Translations under genes and position numbers: made by a program
Notes under the pieces: generated by a model
Databases searched by the model: none
Told to the model about the DNA's origin: nothing
Seen by the model: the letters and a program-made list of their open reading frames with translations, nothing else
Shown here: positions 7,848 to 16,654 of the stretch, piece after piece
How the letters are laid out: every line of letters begins with the position of its first letter
How positions within the stretch are numbered: the stretch's first letter is position 1
Assembly (NCBI GenBank): GCA_040772785.1
Contig: JAXGXM010000008.1
Coordinates: 6,344-70,343 of the forward strand
Source of the DNA: Anaerolineaceae bacterium
GTDB lineage: Bacteria > Chloroflexota > Anaerolineae > Anaerolineales > Anaerolineaceae
Direction: 5' to 3'
Length of the DNA stretch: 64,000 nt

Positions 7848-9482
7848 ATGCCGCCCATCAAATCCGCTTTAGCCAAGTATGATCTCGATTTATTACAACG
7901 CATCGCCAGAGCCTGGGATGTGGAGATCAGCCAGCGGGATGCTTCCACTGCCAGGGTAGACCTGGCAGCCAGGATGGCAGAGAAGGATCTTTTTAAGTCA
8001 CTGATCGATGAATTACCCGAAGAAGTTAAAAATGCCTGGCTGGACCTGGCGGGCATGGGGGGGCGCCAGTCCTGGTCTGAATTTTCGCGGCTGTACGGGA
8101 CGATTCGCGATTTGGGTCCAGTCGCGCGCGAACGCGAAAATCCGGATCTAAAACCGGTTTCAATTTCTGAATCCTTATTTTATTCCGGGTTGATAGGGAG
8201 GGCTTTTTTCAGAGGTACAGGTGAACCGGTGGAGCACGCGTACATCCCCGATGAAATTCTTGGATTTTACGACAAACCTGCCGCCAGCAGGCTTCGATCA
8301 AGCATCCGGCCGGCTGTTAACCAAACCCCGCGCTTCATCGTAAGGGCTGATAACGCCATCCTGGATCAGTTGACTGATCTTCTGGCTGCCTGCAGGATGG
8401 GTCAATCATTATCGCAGTCTGTTTTCACCACCTGGGGAAAACCGCAACAATTTATGGAATCGCTGCTCATTTCAGCGGGAATTCTGGCCCCGGATGGGCA
8501 GCCTGGTGCGGACGCGCTGAAGCTTTTTTTCAACGCGGATCGGGATACAGGACTGCACCAGCTTTTCAAGGCCTGGTTTGATTCACGAGAGATCAATGAA
8601 CTCCGGATGCTGCCCGGATTGATATGTGAGGGTAACTGGCAGAATGACCCGGTTATGCCGCGCAAACTGGTGGCAGATCTTATCAGCGGGCTGGAGACGG
8701 GAACCTGGTGGAGCATCTCCTCGCTTCTCGCAACCGTGAAGGATACCAACCCTGATTTTCAGCGCCCGGCTGGTGATTATGACTCATGGTTCATCCGGGA
8801 GGAGAAAAGCAGCAAGTATCTCACTGGTTTCTCATCATGGGAACGGGTGGAAGGAGCTTTGCTCTATTACCTGCTCACCGGTCCAATGCACTGGCTGGGA
8901 TTGATCAACCTCGCCCGTGGCAGCAATGAAGGCAGGTTCACCGCGTTCCAGCTGGTGTCGCAAACCCGGCGAATGCTGCAGGGTGATTCTCCAATTACGG
9001 GGCAGAAAGAAAATAAACCTCTACAGATCAGGAATGTGCGCGTTGTGGTGTTACCGGTGGGAGCTTCGCGAGTGCTGCGCTACCAGGCGGGTAGATTCTG
9101 TGAACTCAACAGTGTCAGTCTGAAGGATTCGAGGTACCTGTTGACTGTGGCTTCGCTGACGAGAGCAGCTGATCAGGGATTGCAAATTCAGCAGCTGCTG
9201 CAGCTCCTCGAAAAAGAACAACCCGGGGTGGTGCCGGCTGAATTGCAGCGTCTGGCAGAACGTTGGAGCCGCAACGGTGTTGAAGCCGGCTTTGAGCAGG
9301 TCACGATATTACGGTTCAAGGATCAGGCGGGCTGTGATCAATTTGTAAAAGCTGCCGGTGGAAGATTTAATCTTGAGGTGTTGAACCCGCTTGTGGTATC
9401 GATCAAACCCTCGCAGCAGGAGGGGATCGTCCGCATGCTTGGAGAGATGGGCATTTTGGTGGAAACCGGAGCAGATGTATAA
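7848..9482 (+). CDS. Hypothetical 544-aa protein, possible XPB/Ssl2 N-terminal-like (helicase-associated) repeats
   Basis: I prefer the ATG at 7848, which follows AAGGA, over the TTG at 7821. The C-terminal segment (ILRFKDQAGCDQFVKAAGG..LNPLVVSI..IVRMLGEMGI) resembles helicase-associated domains. This is weak. Confidence 0.35.
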   Translation: MPPIKSALAKYDLDLLQRIARAWDVEISQRDASTARVDLAARMAEKDLFKSLIDELPEEVKNAWLDLAGMGGRQSWSEFSRLYGTIRDLGPVARERENPDLKPVSISESLFYSGLIGRAFFRGTGEPVEHAYIPDEILGFYDKPAASRLRSSIRPAVNQTPRFIVRADNAILDQLTDLLAACRMGQSLSQSVFTTWGKPQQFMESLLISAGILAPDGQPGADALKLFFNADRDTGLHQLFKAWFDSREINELRMLPGLICEGNWQNDPVMPRKLVADLISGLETGTWWSISSLLATVKDTNPDFQRPAGDYDSWFIREEKSSKYLTGFSSWERVEGALLYYLLTGPMHWLGLINLARGSNEGRFTAFQLVSQTRRMLQGDSPITGQKENKPLQIRNVRVVVLPVGASRVLRYQAGRFCELNSVSLKDSRYLLTVASLTRAADQGLQIQQLLQLLEKEQPGVVPAELQRLAERWSRNGVEAGFEQVTILRFKDQAGCDQFVKAAGGRFNLEVLNPLVVSIKPSQQEGIVRMLGEMGILVETGADV

Positions 9483-9515
9483 TTTTTACATAAACCAATA
9501 ACAAAAGAGGTGTAT

Positions 9516-10697
9516 ATGGGCAACAGGCTGGATTGGATCGGTCAGGAGATTGAAGGGCTAAGGGCTGCTGGATTGTACAACAACATTCGTACCCTGGCTT
9601 CACCGCAGGGCGCCTGGCTGGTAGTCGATGGCAGGCGGGTGTTAAACTTCTGTTCGAACAATTACCTTGGGTTGGCTAATCACCCCAAAATGGTTGAAGC
9701 CGCGATCGTAGCGCTGCGAAAATACGGTGTTGGTCCGGGCGCGGTACGATCCATCGCGGGAAACATGGAAATACACACGGAATTGGAGAATCGGCTGGCA
9801 AGGTTCAAGGGCGTGGAAGCGGCTGTGGTTTTGCAATCGGGTTTTTCAGCCAACACGGCTGTGATTCCCATTCTCGCAGGCAAAGAAGACTTGATCATAT
9901 CGGATGAACTCAATCATGCCAGTATCATAGACGGCAGCCGGCTCTCTGGCGCCCGCATCGAGAGGTACGCGCACGCTGACGCGGTTGATCTTGAGCGTGT
10001 GATTCTTGAGAACGCGGGCAAGTACCGCCGGGCGCTGGTGATCACGGACGGCGTATTCAGTATGGACGGTGATCTTGCGCCGCTTGATAAAATATACGAG
10101 GTCACAAACCGATATGACATCATGTTGATGGTGGACGACGCCCACGGCGAGGGTGTGGTAGGGCGTGGAGGACGGGGGATCGTGGACCATTTCAACCTGC
10201 ACGGTAAAGTGGATGTGGAGGTTGGCACGCTCTCGAAGGCTTTTGGTGTGGTAGGGGGCATTGTCGCCGGTAACGCAAAAATCATCGAATGGGTGCGCCA
10301 GCGCGGGCGTCCATTCCTGTTCTCATCCGCAACACCTCCCGCTGATGTTGCCGCCTGCATCGCAGCAGTGGACATCCTCGAAAATTCCACCGAACTTGTC
10401 GACCTGTTGTGGGAAAACGCGCGCTATTTCAAAGCTGAACTCAAGCGGATGGGTCTGGATATTGGCCACAGCGTCACCCCGATTACCCCGGTGATGCTGG
10501 GAGAAGCACCGCTTGCGCAGCAGTTCAGCCGTGAATTATTCAATGAGAACGTATTCGCCATGTCGCTCGGTTTCCCGACTGTTCCCCAGGGTAAGGCGCG
10601 CATCAGGGTGATGATCTCAGCCGCGCACAGCCGTGAAGATCTTGATAAGGTGCTGGCGGCGTTTGAAAAAGTCGCGAAAAAACTCGGCGTTATATAA
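9516..10697 (+). CDS. kbl: Glycine C-acetyltransferase (2-amino-3-ketobutyrate CoA ligase)
   Basis: [23 protein letters not shown], and the PLP-lysine motif GTLSKAFG. Length is about 393 aa. The ATG at 9516 follows AAGAGG; the track starts at GTG 9510. Confidence 0.8.
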   Translation: MGNRLDWIGQEIEGLRAAGLYNNIRTLASPQGAWLVVDGRRVLNFCSNNYLGLANHPKMVEAAIVALRKYGVGPGAVRSIAGNMEIHTELENRLARFKGVEAAVVLQSGFSANTAVIPILAGKEDLIISDELNHASIIDGSRLSGARIERYAHADAVDLERVILENAGKYRRALVITDGVFSMDGDLAPLDKIYEVTNRYDIMLMVDDAHGEGVVGRGGRGIVDHFNLHGKVDVEVGTLSKAFGVVGGIVAGNAKIIEWVRQRGRPFLFSSATPPADVAACIAAVDILENSTELVDLLWENARYFKAELKRMGLDIGHSVTPITPVMLGEAPLAQQFSRELFNENVFAMSLGFPTVPQGKARIRVMISAAHSREDLDKVLAAFEKVAKKLGVI

Positions 10698-10702
10698 AAC
10701 GG

Positions 10703-10735
10703 GAGCGCTGGAGAAAAACTCCAGCGCTTTTTTTA
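10703..10735 (+). terminator. Rho-independent terminator of kbl
   Basis: GAGCGCTGGAG-AAAAA-CTCCAGCGCT followed by TTTTTTT. Confidence 0.75.
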
Positions 10736-11524
10736 TCGGTCAAACATTCGCCGACGCCGCCAGTTGATGAGAGGGGCTGCCAGCCGCCTTACGTGGTACT
10801 TCAAAACGATTGGTGCACAGCGTTTTCCACCGTCGCGGTAGTGTACGCGCAGCATCTCAGGCCAGCAGCGGTCGTCCGCGGCAACAGTTTTTGCATCGGA
10901 ATGCAGCCTGAAATTTGCCCATGTTTGTCCAGGCAGGTACTGAAAATCAGTCACCCTCGCCAGCCGTACCCAGAGGTCGTAATCCATGGCGAAGTAGAAG
11001 GTTGGATCCAGAGGGGCGACCTTGCGCCAGTGTTCAGCCCTGAAGAACGCCGCCGGCTGCGGGATATGGACAAAACCGCGGCGCAGCTTTTCGAGGTCCG
11101 TCTGGGCGGCGGGGAATTTGCCGATCGGTTTGCTTTTCTCGTCGATAAAATCCAGGTCGCCGTAGACCATGCCAATCTTGGGGTGGTTCTGAAGGTAAGT
11201 TACCGCCTCACTAACGGCGGTGGGTTTGTAGGTGTCATCTGAATTCAGCCAGGCGAGAATGCTGCCCTGCGCGACTGAAAAACCTTTGTTGATTGCGTCA
11301 GTCTGCCCCATGTCTTTTTCCGAAACCCAGTGCGCGAGGCGGTTTGCGTATTTACGAATGACCTCCACGCTGCCGTCAGTGGAGCCGCCATCGATCACAA
11401 TGTACTCGATATTCGGATAATCCTGCTCAAGCACCGAGCGGATTGTTTCCTCCAGGTACTTGACCTGGTTGAAGGAGGGGGTAACGATGGAAACCAGCGG
11501 TTTTTCACTCATCGCATCAATCAC
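10733..11524 (-). CDS. Glycosyltransferase family 2
   Basis: VSIVTPSFNQ..., IDGGSTDGS, and NSDD (DxD). It is a close paralog of 13077-14027. Confidence 0.85.
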   Translation of the reverse strand: MIDAMSEKPLVSIVTPSFNQVKYLEETIRSVLEQDYPNIEYIVIDGGSTDGSVEVIRKYANRLAHWVSEKDMGQTDAINKGFSVAQGSILAWLNSDDTYKPTAVSEAVTYLQNHPKIGMVYGDLDFIDEKSKPIGKFPAAQTDLEKLRRGFVHIPQPAAFFRAEHWRKVAPLDPTFYFAMDYDLWVRLARVTDFQYLPGQTWANFRLHSDAKTVAADDRCWPEMLRVHYRDGGKRCAPIVLKYHVRRLAAPLINWRRRRMFDR

Positions 11525-13062
11525 TTGTGAGGATTCTTGAGGTCAAAAAGGTAATATCCATCGCCTTCCTGGTACGGGTAATGTGCAAAAAGGTATTCTG
11601 ACAGGGCGGGCTGCCCTTCCAATTCCCCGATCAGCGTGACAAGGAAGTAGTGTTTGCCTTCCGTGCGCATGTTGAAGAGGGTCTCGAATTCAGGGTCGGT
11701 GGAGCCGATCAGCTGCTTTACGGTCAGGTCTCCGCGCGTAGGCCAGAGATCAGGTTGGATGAAGCCCCAGTAACTCAGGCGGTATCCATAATCATGTGTG
11801 AGAGCGATCACCGAAGATCGCTGTCCGATCTTGTCTCCCAGGTCTTTCCAGTATTTTGCCTCGTGCCTGAAACTTTCGCCGATCATATCGCCGCGTGATT
11901 TCATCACATTTAGACCAATCCCAAATAGCAGGAGCAGAATCACCAGCACTTTAGAGAACCAGTGCAGCGACCGGGTTTCGAGCAGGGAGAAAAGTTGCGC
12001 GGCCACAAAACCGAATCCCAGCGCGATGATGGGAATCAACGGCAGGTGGTAATAATCGTGCGTGTAAATATGATACGCGAACATGAATCCGTACAGCAGG
12101 TACCCCAGCCACATGCAAAAGAAGAAAATCTTGTGCAGTTTCTCGCGCAGGAAGAAAAATCCCAGCAGCGCGATGATGATCGGATAGTACCCGACCACAA
12201 ATTTTGCCATCATGAACCATTTGAGATACCATTTTGGATCAGAGAACAGAGCCGGCACCCAGCGGGCTCCAAAGATGGCGCCGGAATTGCCGCCCACGGT
12301 CGCGCTGATCCAGTAATAGACGATGGTCGGGATGAGCGCAATGGCAGCGATGAGCCAGACCCGCCAATTCTTGAGGGATTTCCACAAACCCTTTGAAACG
12401 ACAAGCCCGACCATGGGAATGCCGACAAAAAATACCGCTGAAGCTTTGATAAAGAGCGCGAGCCCTGTGAAGATACCTGCCAGAATGGCGCTCTTGAGCG
12501 TATCCTTTTCCGCCCAGTTGAACTGGAAATATAATGCCCAGACTATGGTCATGACCATCAGCGGGTCAGGCTGAAAACTGCGGCTGGCGATCGTGCCGAA
12601 CGGATTGAACAGGTAGACCGCCAGGGCTACAAACGCCCCGTTAAGAGAGGTCATTTTGCGCGCCAGGAGGAACAAGGGTATGGAACCGATCATCCAGAAA
12701 AAGATGGAGAGCAGCCTCGCGACCCGCATATCTTCGTGTCCGATTATCCTGTAGATGAAAGCCACCAGGTGTTCCATGATAGGCGGTTCGATCTGCGGTT
12801 CGCTTTGTCCGGTAATGATGGCGAACTGCCGGGTTTCTGCCGGTATGGCATTGGTAGCGGGCGTGTCCATTGCGTAATAGATTCCGCGTGCCATGATGTG
12901 AGAGTGCAGCTGGCGGGTGGCGGCAAAGTCCAGCGGAAGGTCATCCAGATCGATCAGCCTCAACATGAGACCGGCGAGAATGAACACCACCAGCAGAATG
13001 GTGACAACGGTTTTTGTGGGTTTCAGGAATAGGACGGTCTGGTTTGACCGGGTTTCAGACAT
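11521..13062 (-). CDS. GT-C membrane glycosyltransferase, ArnT/PMT (GT39/GT83)-like
   Basis: About 12 predicted TM helices with a soluble C-terminal domain. The DLDDLPLDF loop after TM1 resembles the GT-C acidic motif. Confidence 0.6.
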   Translation of the reverse strand: MSETRSNQTVLFLKPTKTVVTILLVVFILAGLMLRLIDLDDLPLDFAATRQLHSHIMARGIYYAMDTPATNAIPAETRQFAIITGQSEPQIEPPIMEHLVAFIYRIIGHEDMRVARLLSIFFWMIGSIPLFLLARKMTSLNGAFVALAVYLFNPFGTIASRSFQPDPLMVMTIVWALYFQFNWAEKDTLKSAILAGIFTGLALFIKASAVFFVGIPMVGLVVSKGLWKSLKNWRVWLIAAIALIPTIVYYWISATVGGNSGAIFGARWVPALFSDPKWYLKWFMMAKFVVGYYPIIIALLGFFFLREKLHKIFFFCMWLGYLLYGFMFAYHIYTHDYYHLPLIPIIALGFGFVAAQLFSLLETRSLHWFSKVLVILLLLFGIGLNVMKSRGDMIGESFRHEAKYWKDLGDKIGQRSSVIALTHDYGYRLSYWGFIQPDLWPTRGDLTVKQLIGSTDPEFETLFNMRTEGKHYFLVTLIGELEGQPALSEYLFAHYPYQEGDGYYLFDLKNPHK

Positions 13063-13076
13063 TGATCACCTCATGA

Positions 13077-14027
13077 TCAGGAGGGTATATTGTTATTGTA
13101 CTTATGTTTGCGCCGCTGAAGATAGGCTTCCCTGGCTTTGGTCAGCCCAAGCGGGGAAACTATCGCGAAGAGGATTCGGCGCCAATCCTGCAGCGCGGTG
13201 GAGGGGTGTTTCCGAAGGGAACGCCAATAAGCGCGCAACGAGCCTCTGAAGTCCTGCGCATCGAAAAGGTAAAACGCGTCCAATCGTTCCGCCCCGGCTT
13301 CAACCTGCTTTTGATTATTCATGAGCAGGTCTGCCAGTTCTGGTTGTGAACGTATCCACTCCAAAATACGGCGGGCTTCTTTGCCAAATTCAGCGGCATG
13401 AGCGGCGTTCTTGCTGCCGGCGTGATAGTGCTCGCCTGCCCATAACTGTGAAACGTACTGCGGCTGGGCTTTCATTGCCATTCGAAGCCAGAGGTGATGA
13501 TCAAGCAGGTAATGATAACTCTCGTCCAGGTATCCCGCTTCCATCAACACTTCACGGCGCATGAAAACTGATGGTTGCCCGATGATCTTGAATTCCATCA
13601 GTCCTTTCAACTTCCAGTCCTCATACGAGAGGATATTGGTCGTTTCACCGGCCGCGTTGACCACCTGCAAATTACCATAAACGAACCCGGCGCCGGGGTG
13701 CTCCTGCAGGGCACGCACCGCGTTTGTGATCGCTCCTGGTTGATAAAAGTCATCCGAGTTGAGCCAGGCGACAATGTCTCCAGTCGCCCGCCGCAGACCT
13801 TTGTTGATCCCATCTGCCTGACCCCGGTCTTTTTCGGAGACCCACCAGCTGATGCGGTCGCTATGCTTTTGGATGATCTCCACGCTGCCATCGATTGACC
13901 CGCCGTCTACCAACATGTACTCGATATTCAGATAATCCTGTTCAATAACCGAAAGGATGGCTTTTTCGAGGAAAAGCGCCTGGTTGTAGGAAGGTGTGAC
14001 GATCGAGACAGTGGGCTGTGTTTTCAT
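13077..14027 (-). CDS. Glycosyltransferase family 2
   Basis: VSIVTPSYNQ, VDGGSIDGS and NSDD. There is a 4-nt overlap with the upstream gene. Confidence 0.85.
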   Translation of the reverse strand: MKTQPTVSIVTPSYNQALFLEKAILSVIEQDYLNIEYMLVDGGSIDGSVEIIQKHSDRISWWVSEKDRGQADGINKGLRRATGDIVAWLNSDDFYQPGAITNAVRALQEHPGAGFVYGNLQVVNAAGETTNILSYEDWKLKGLMEFKIIGQPSVFMRREVLMEAGYLDESYHYLLDHHLWLRMAMKAQPQYVSQLWAGEHYHAGSKNAAHAAEFGKEARRILEWIRSQPELADLLMNNQKQVEAGAERLDAFYLFDAQDFRGSLRAYWRSLRKHPSTALQDWRRILFAIVSPLGLTKAREAYLQRRKHKYNNNIPS

Positions 14028-14830
14028 GAGAGGATCGCGTTGAAATCCACCTTGGGGAATACGGTCAGTTTCCCGTCCACCGTTGCATCCAGAATCTCGC
14101 GCCCATCCTCGAGGTAGGCTTCCTTGGCCATCCGATAGGCGATCTCGGAGGTTTCCAGGTCCGGCAGCTGCCAGCGGAAGCCCTGCCCGAAATAACCCGG
14201 GTGGAAATGATTGGGGTCATCACCGGTGGAGACGACTGTGGTATTGGGAGTGCCTTTGGTGGTGAAGTTGTGATCCACCCCGATGAGGATGACCTGCTTA
14301 AAACCCATAAAGTAGGCGAGTTGCATGGCAACGAATGTGACCGTCGCCCCTTCCCATAATCTGCCGGTGGCATTTTTATTGAAGCGCGGACGGATGTAAG
14401 ACGTGTAGAGATAGTGCAGGTTTTGCGCGGGTTGGATATGCTTTCTGCCGCGCCAGGACACAAATGTGGGAATGGGAAGCTGGCGCAAGTCTTCAGCGCA
14501 TTGTTCGATCACCAGGTCATTCACAGTGAGCAGCAGCGAGGTTGTGAAGCCGAGATCGGGAAAGGCCATATAAAACCGATTCATCCCGATCGAAAACACA
14601 TTCTTCAGTTTGCTCAAATCGGTATTCTTGAGGCTGGGACCGTTCCCGATGATCACGCACTGCTCACCGTTGTGAGAATCACGCAGGGTCTCCAATTTGC
14701 GGATCGAGTCAATACGCCATGGGTGAAAGCGTGCCAGGGGATATTCTGCTGCGATCTCAAGGCTGTCGCGCGAGGCGCGCAAGGCGTCGAGCATCGGCGC
14801 TGGGATGAGTTTTTTGATCTTTGACCGCAT
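14024..14830 (-). CDS. DUF115 / MptE-like (Maf-like) protein, candidate nonulosonic-acid transferase
   Basis: CVIIGNGPSL and GATVTFVAMQLAYFMGFKQVILIGVDHNF match the DUF115 (MAF_flag10) pattern. Confidence 0.55.
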   Translation of the reverse strand: MRSKIKKLIPAPMLDALRASRDSLEIAAEYPLARFHPWRIDSIRKLETLRDSHNGEQCVIIGNGPSLKNTDLSKLKNVFSIGMNRFYMAFPDLGFTTSLLLTVNDLVIEQCAEDLRQLPIPTFVSWRGRKHIQPAQNLHYLYTSYIRPRFNKNATGRLWEGATVTFVAMQLAYFMGFKQVILIGVDHNFTTKGTPNTTVVSTGDDPNHFHPGYFGQGFRWQLPDLETSEIAYRMAKEAYLEDGREILDATVDGKLTVFPKVDFNAILS

Positions 14831-14834
14831 TTGC

Positions 14835-15599
14835 TTACTCGGTGCTCAACCGGGCTGTGGCGCCGCCATCAACGATCAGTGCCTGGCCTGTCATAAATGA
14901 AGATTGACTGCCATCGGCGAGGAAATAGACAGCCTGCGCGATCTCGTCCGGTTGACCGATGCGCCCGTTCACTGTTTTGCGTGCCAGGTTGTCCAGCCGA
15001 TCCAACACGCTTGAGCCAGAGTGCTGTCCGCGATTCAGTCCATCGCGCAGCATGGGGGTGTCTACAGCGCCGGGAAGCACAGCGTTCACCCGGATCCCCT
15101 CGTTGGCAAATTCGATTGCCATAGCCCGGGTGATGGCGAGGATGCCGCCTTTGCTGGCAGCGTACGCGGATATATTAGTGGAGGTTTGCACAGCGTGAAC
15201 CGAAGAAATATTCACGATGGCGCTCTCGCCTGCATTGACCAGCATCTCATGGAAGAATCGCGCGCTCAAAAAAACCGGGCGCAGGTTGGTGGCGATCACC
15301 ATATCCCACTCATCAACCGTGGTTTCGACCAGGGGCTTTGAAACCTGTACCGCGGCATTATTGACGAGCGCGTGTAGAACAGGTGTGAAGGCTTTTATTT
15401 TTCTGTATATCACAGGAAATTGATCCGGCTTGGAAATATCAGCTCTGATGAAGAGACCGTTTTGCGGGAAACCTTCACCGAAATTGGTTTTGTCAATTCC
15501 GATCACCCGCCATCCCTGCCTGAAGAAGCGGCTGATGCAAGCTCGCCCGATCCCGCCGGCGCTGCCGGTGATCATGATGAATTTTTCTGATTCACTCAT
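14835..15599 (-). CDS. Short-chain dehydrogenase/reductase (SDR)
   Basis: TGSAGGIGRA, NNAA and Y-x3-K (YAASK). I prefer the start at the internal ATG 15599 (MSESEK), which overlaps the upstream stop as ATGAGTGA. Confidence 0.85.
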   Translation of the reverse strand: MSESEKFIMITGSAGGIGRACISRFFRQGWRVIGIDKTNFGEGFPQNGLFIRADISKPDQFPVIYRKIKAFTPVLHALVNNAAVQVSKPLVETTVDEWDMVIATNLRPVFLSARFFHEMLVNAGESAIVNISSVHAVQTSTNISAYAASKGGILAITRAMAIEFANEGIRVNAVLPGAVDTPMLRDGLNRGQHSGSSVLDRLDNLARKTVNGRIGQPDEIAQAVYFLADGSQSSFMTGQALIVDGGATARLSTE

Positions 15600-16584
15600 C
15601 TTGCTTTCCTTTCTGCGCTGATGCCTTAAGGCGATCAAGGTCACCAGGATCGATGTTCAACCCGAGGAGAAGATTACGGATCGTGTTCCAATGCACGTTC
15701 TCCCACGCGGTTGGGCTGGAATTGGAATTGTGGGGAGCGAGCAGGACATTGTCCATTTTGAGGAGAGGTGAATCTGCTGGAATAGGTTCATCTTCAAAAA
15801 CATCCAGCCCCGCCCCGGCGATTTTCTTTTCCTGTAGCGCGTTCACCAGGTCTTTCTCGTTGACGATTGGTCCGCGCGCGGTATTGATCAATACGGCGTT
15901 TGCTTTCATTTGATCCAGCAGCGCTTTGTCCACCATGTGCTTTGATGTGGGGTTTAGATCGCAATTAACGCTGATAAAATCGGACCTCTGCGCCAGTTCT
16001 GATAGTGACACGCTGCTGACCTTGAATTCGGTCAAAAAATCGGTCGGGATGGGGACGATATCGTTTCCCAGAAGCGTCATACCAAACGAGCTGGCGCGCC
16101 TTAACACTGCCTTGCCGATGTTGCCCACGCCGATCACCCCCAGGGTGCACTCTGAAAGCGAGCGTCCGGGGATCTTTTTCCATTCTCCTGCTTTTATCGC
16201 GCGATCCATCCAGGGCTGCTGACGCGCAAACGCAAGGATGTAGCCCAGCACACTATCCGCGACTGGCAGCGTAAAAGCGTTGAGGGTATTCCGCAGCTGG
16301 ATACCAAGCCGGTCGCAAGCCACGCGATCGATCGAATCAGTGCCGGTGCCCCACTTGGAAACCACCTTCAAGCGCGGGGAACAGGCTTGCAGTACGCGCG
16401 CTGTGTAGCGGTCATCCCCGCAGATCGCCCCATCGAATTGACCGGCGTAAGCGAGGATCTCCTCTTCCTCAAGGCGCTCATTCACCTCGGGTAAGAGCAG
16501 CTCAATTTTATAATGGTCGAAAACCGGTCTGAAGCGCTCAACGAAAGGCAGCATATAAGGTGCGGATAAAAGGATTACGGGCAT
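15592..16584 (-). CDS. D-isomer-specific 2-hydroxyacid dehydrogenase (PGDH-like)
   Basis: GVIGVGNIGKAV NAD fold, LINTARGPIVNE, and DVFEDEP...APH. Confidence 0.85.
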   Translation of the reverse strand: MPVILLSAPYMLPFVERFRPVFDHYKIELLLPEVNERLEEEEILAYAGQFDGAICGDDRYTARVLQACSPRLKVVSKWGTGTDSIDRVACDRLGIQLRNTLNAFTLPVADSVLGYILAFARQQPWMDRAIKAGEWKKIPGRSLSECTLGVIGVGNIGKAVLRRASSFGMTLLGNDIVPIPTDFLTEFKVSSVSLSELAQRSDFISVNCDLNPTSKHMVDKALLDQMKANAVLINTARGPIVNEKDLVNALQEKKIAGAGLDVFEDEPIPADSPLLKMDNVLLAPHNSNSSPTAWENVHWNTIRNLLLGLNIDPGDLDRLKASAQKGKQDE

Positions 16585-16654
16585 AGGAGTTTGATCTCTT
16601 CCTCGTGAGTTTCGATTATTATAACCTTCAAAAAGGGTGAATTACCGGTTTTTC

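Noticed and set aside
9510-9515. GTG start for kbl as given in the ORF track
   Set aside because: The ATG at 9516 sits 5-6 nt after AAGAGG and gives an N-terminus typical of Kbl. The difference is two codons and has low impact.
9516-10697. Treating the PLP-dependent Kbl/AONS-family enzyme as the missing aminotransferase of the nonulosonic-acid pathways
   Set aside because: It lies on the opposite strand and has its own strong terminator. Its sequence matches glycine C-acetyltransferase rather than DegT/PseC-type sugar aminotransferases.
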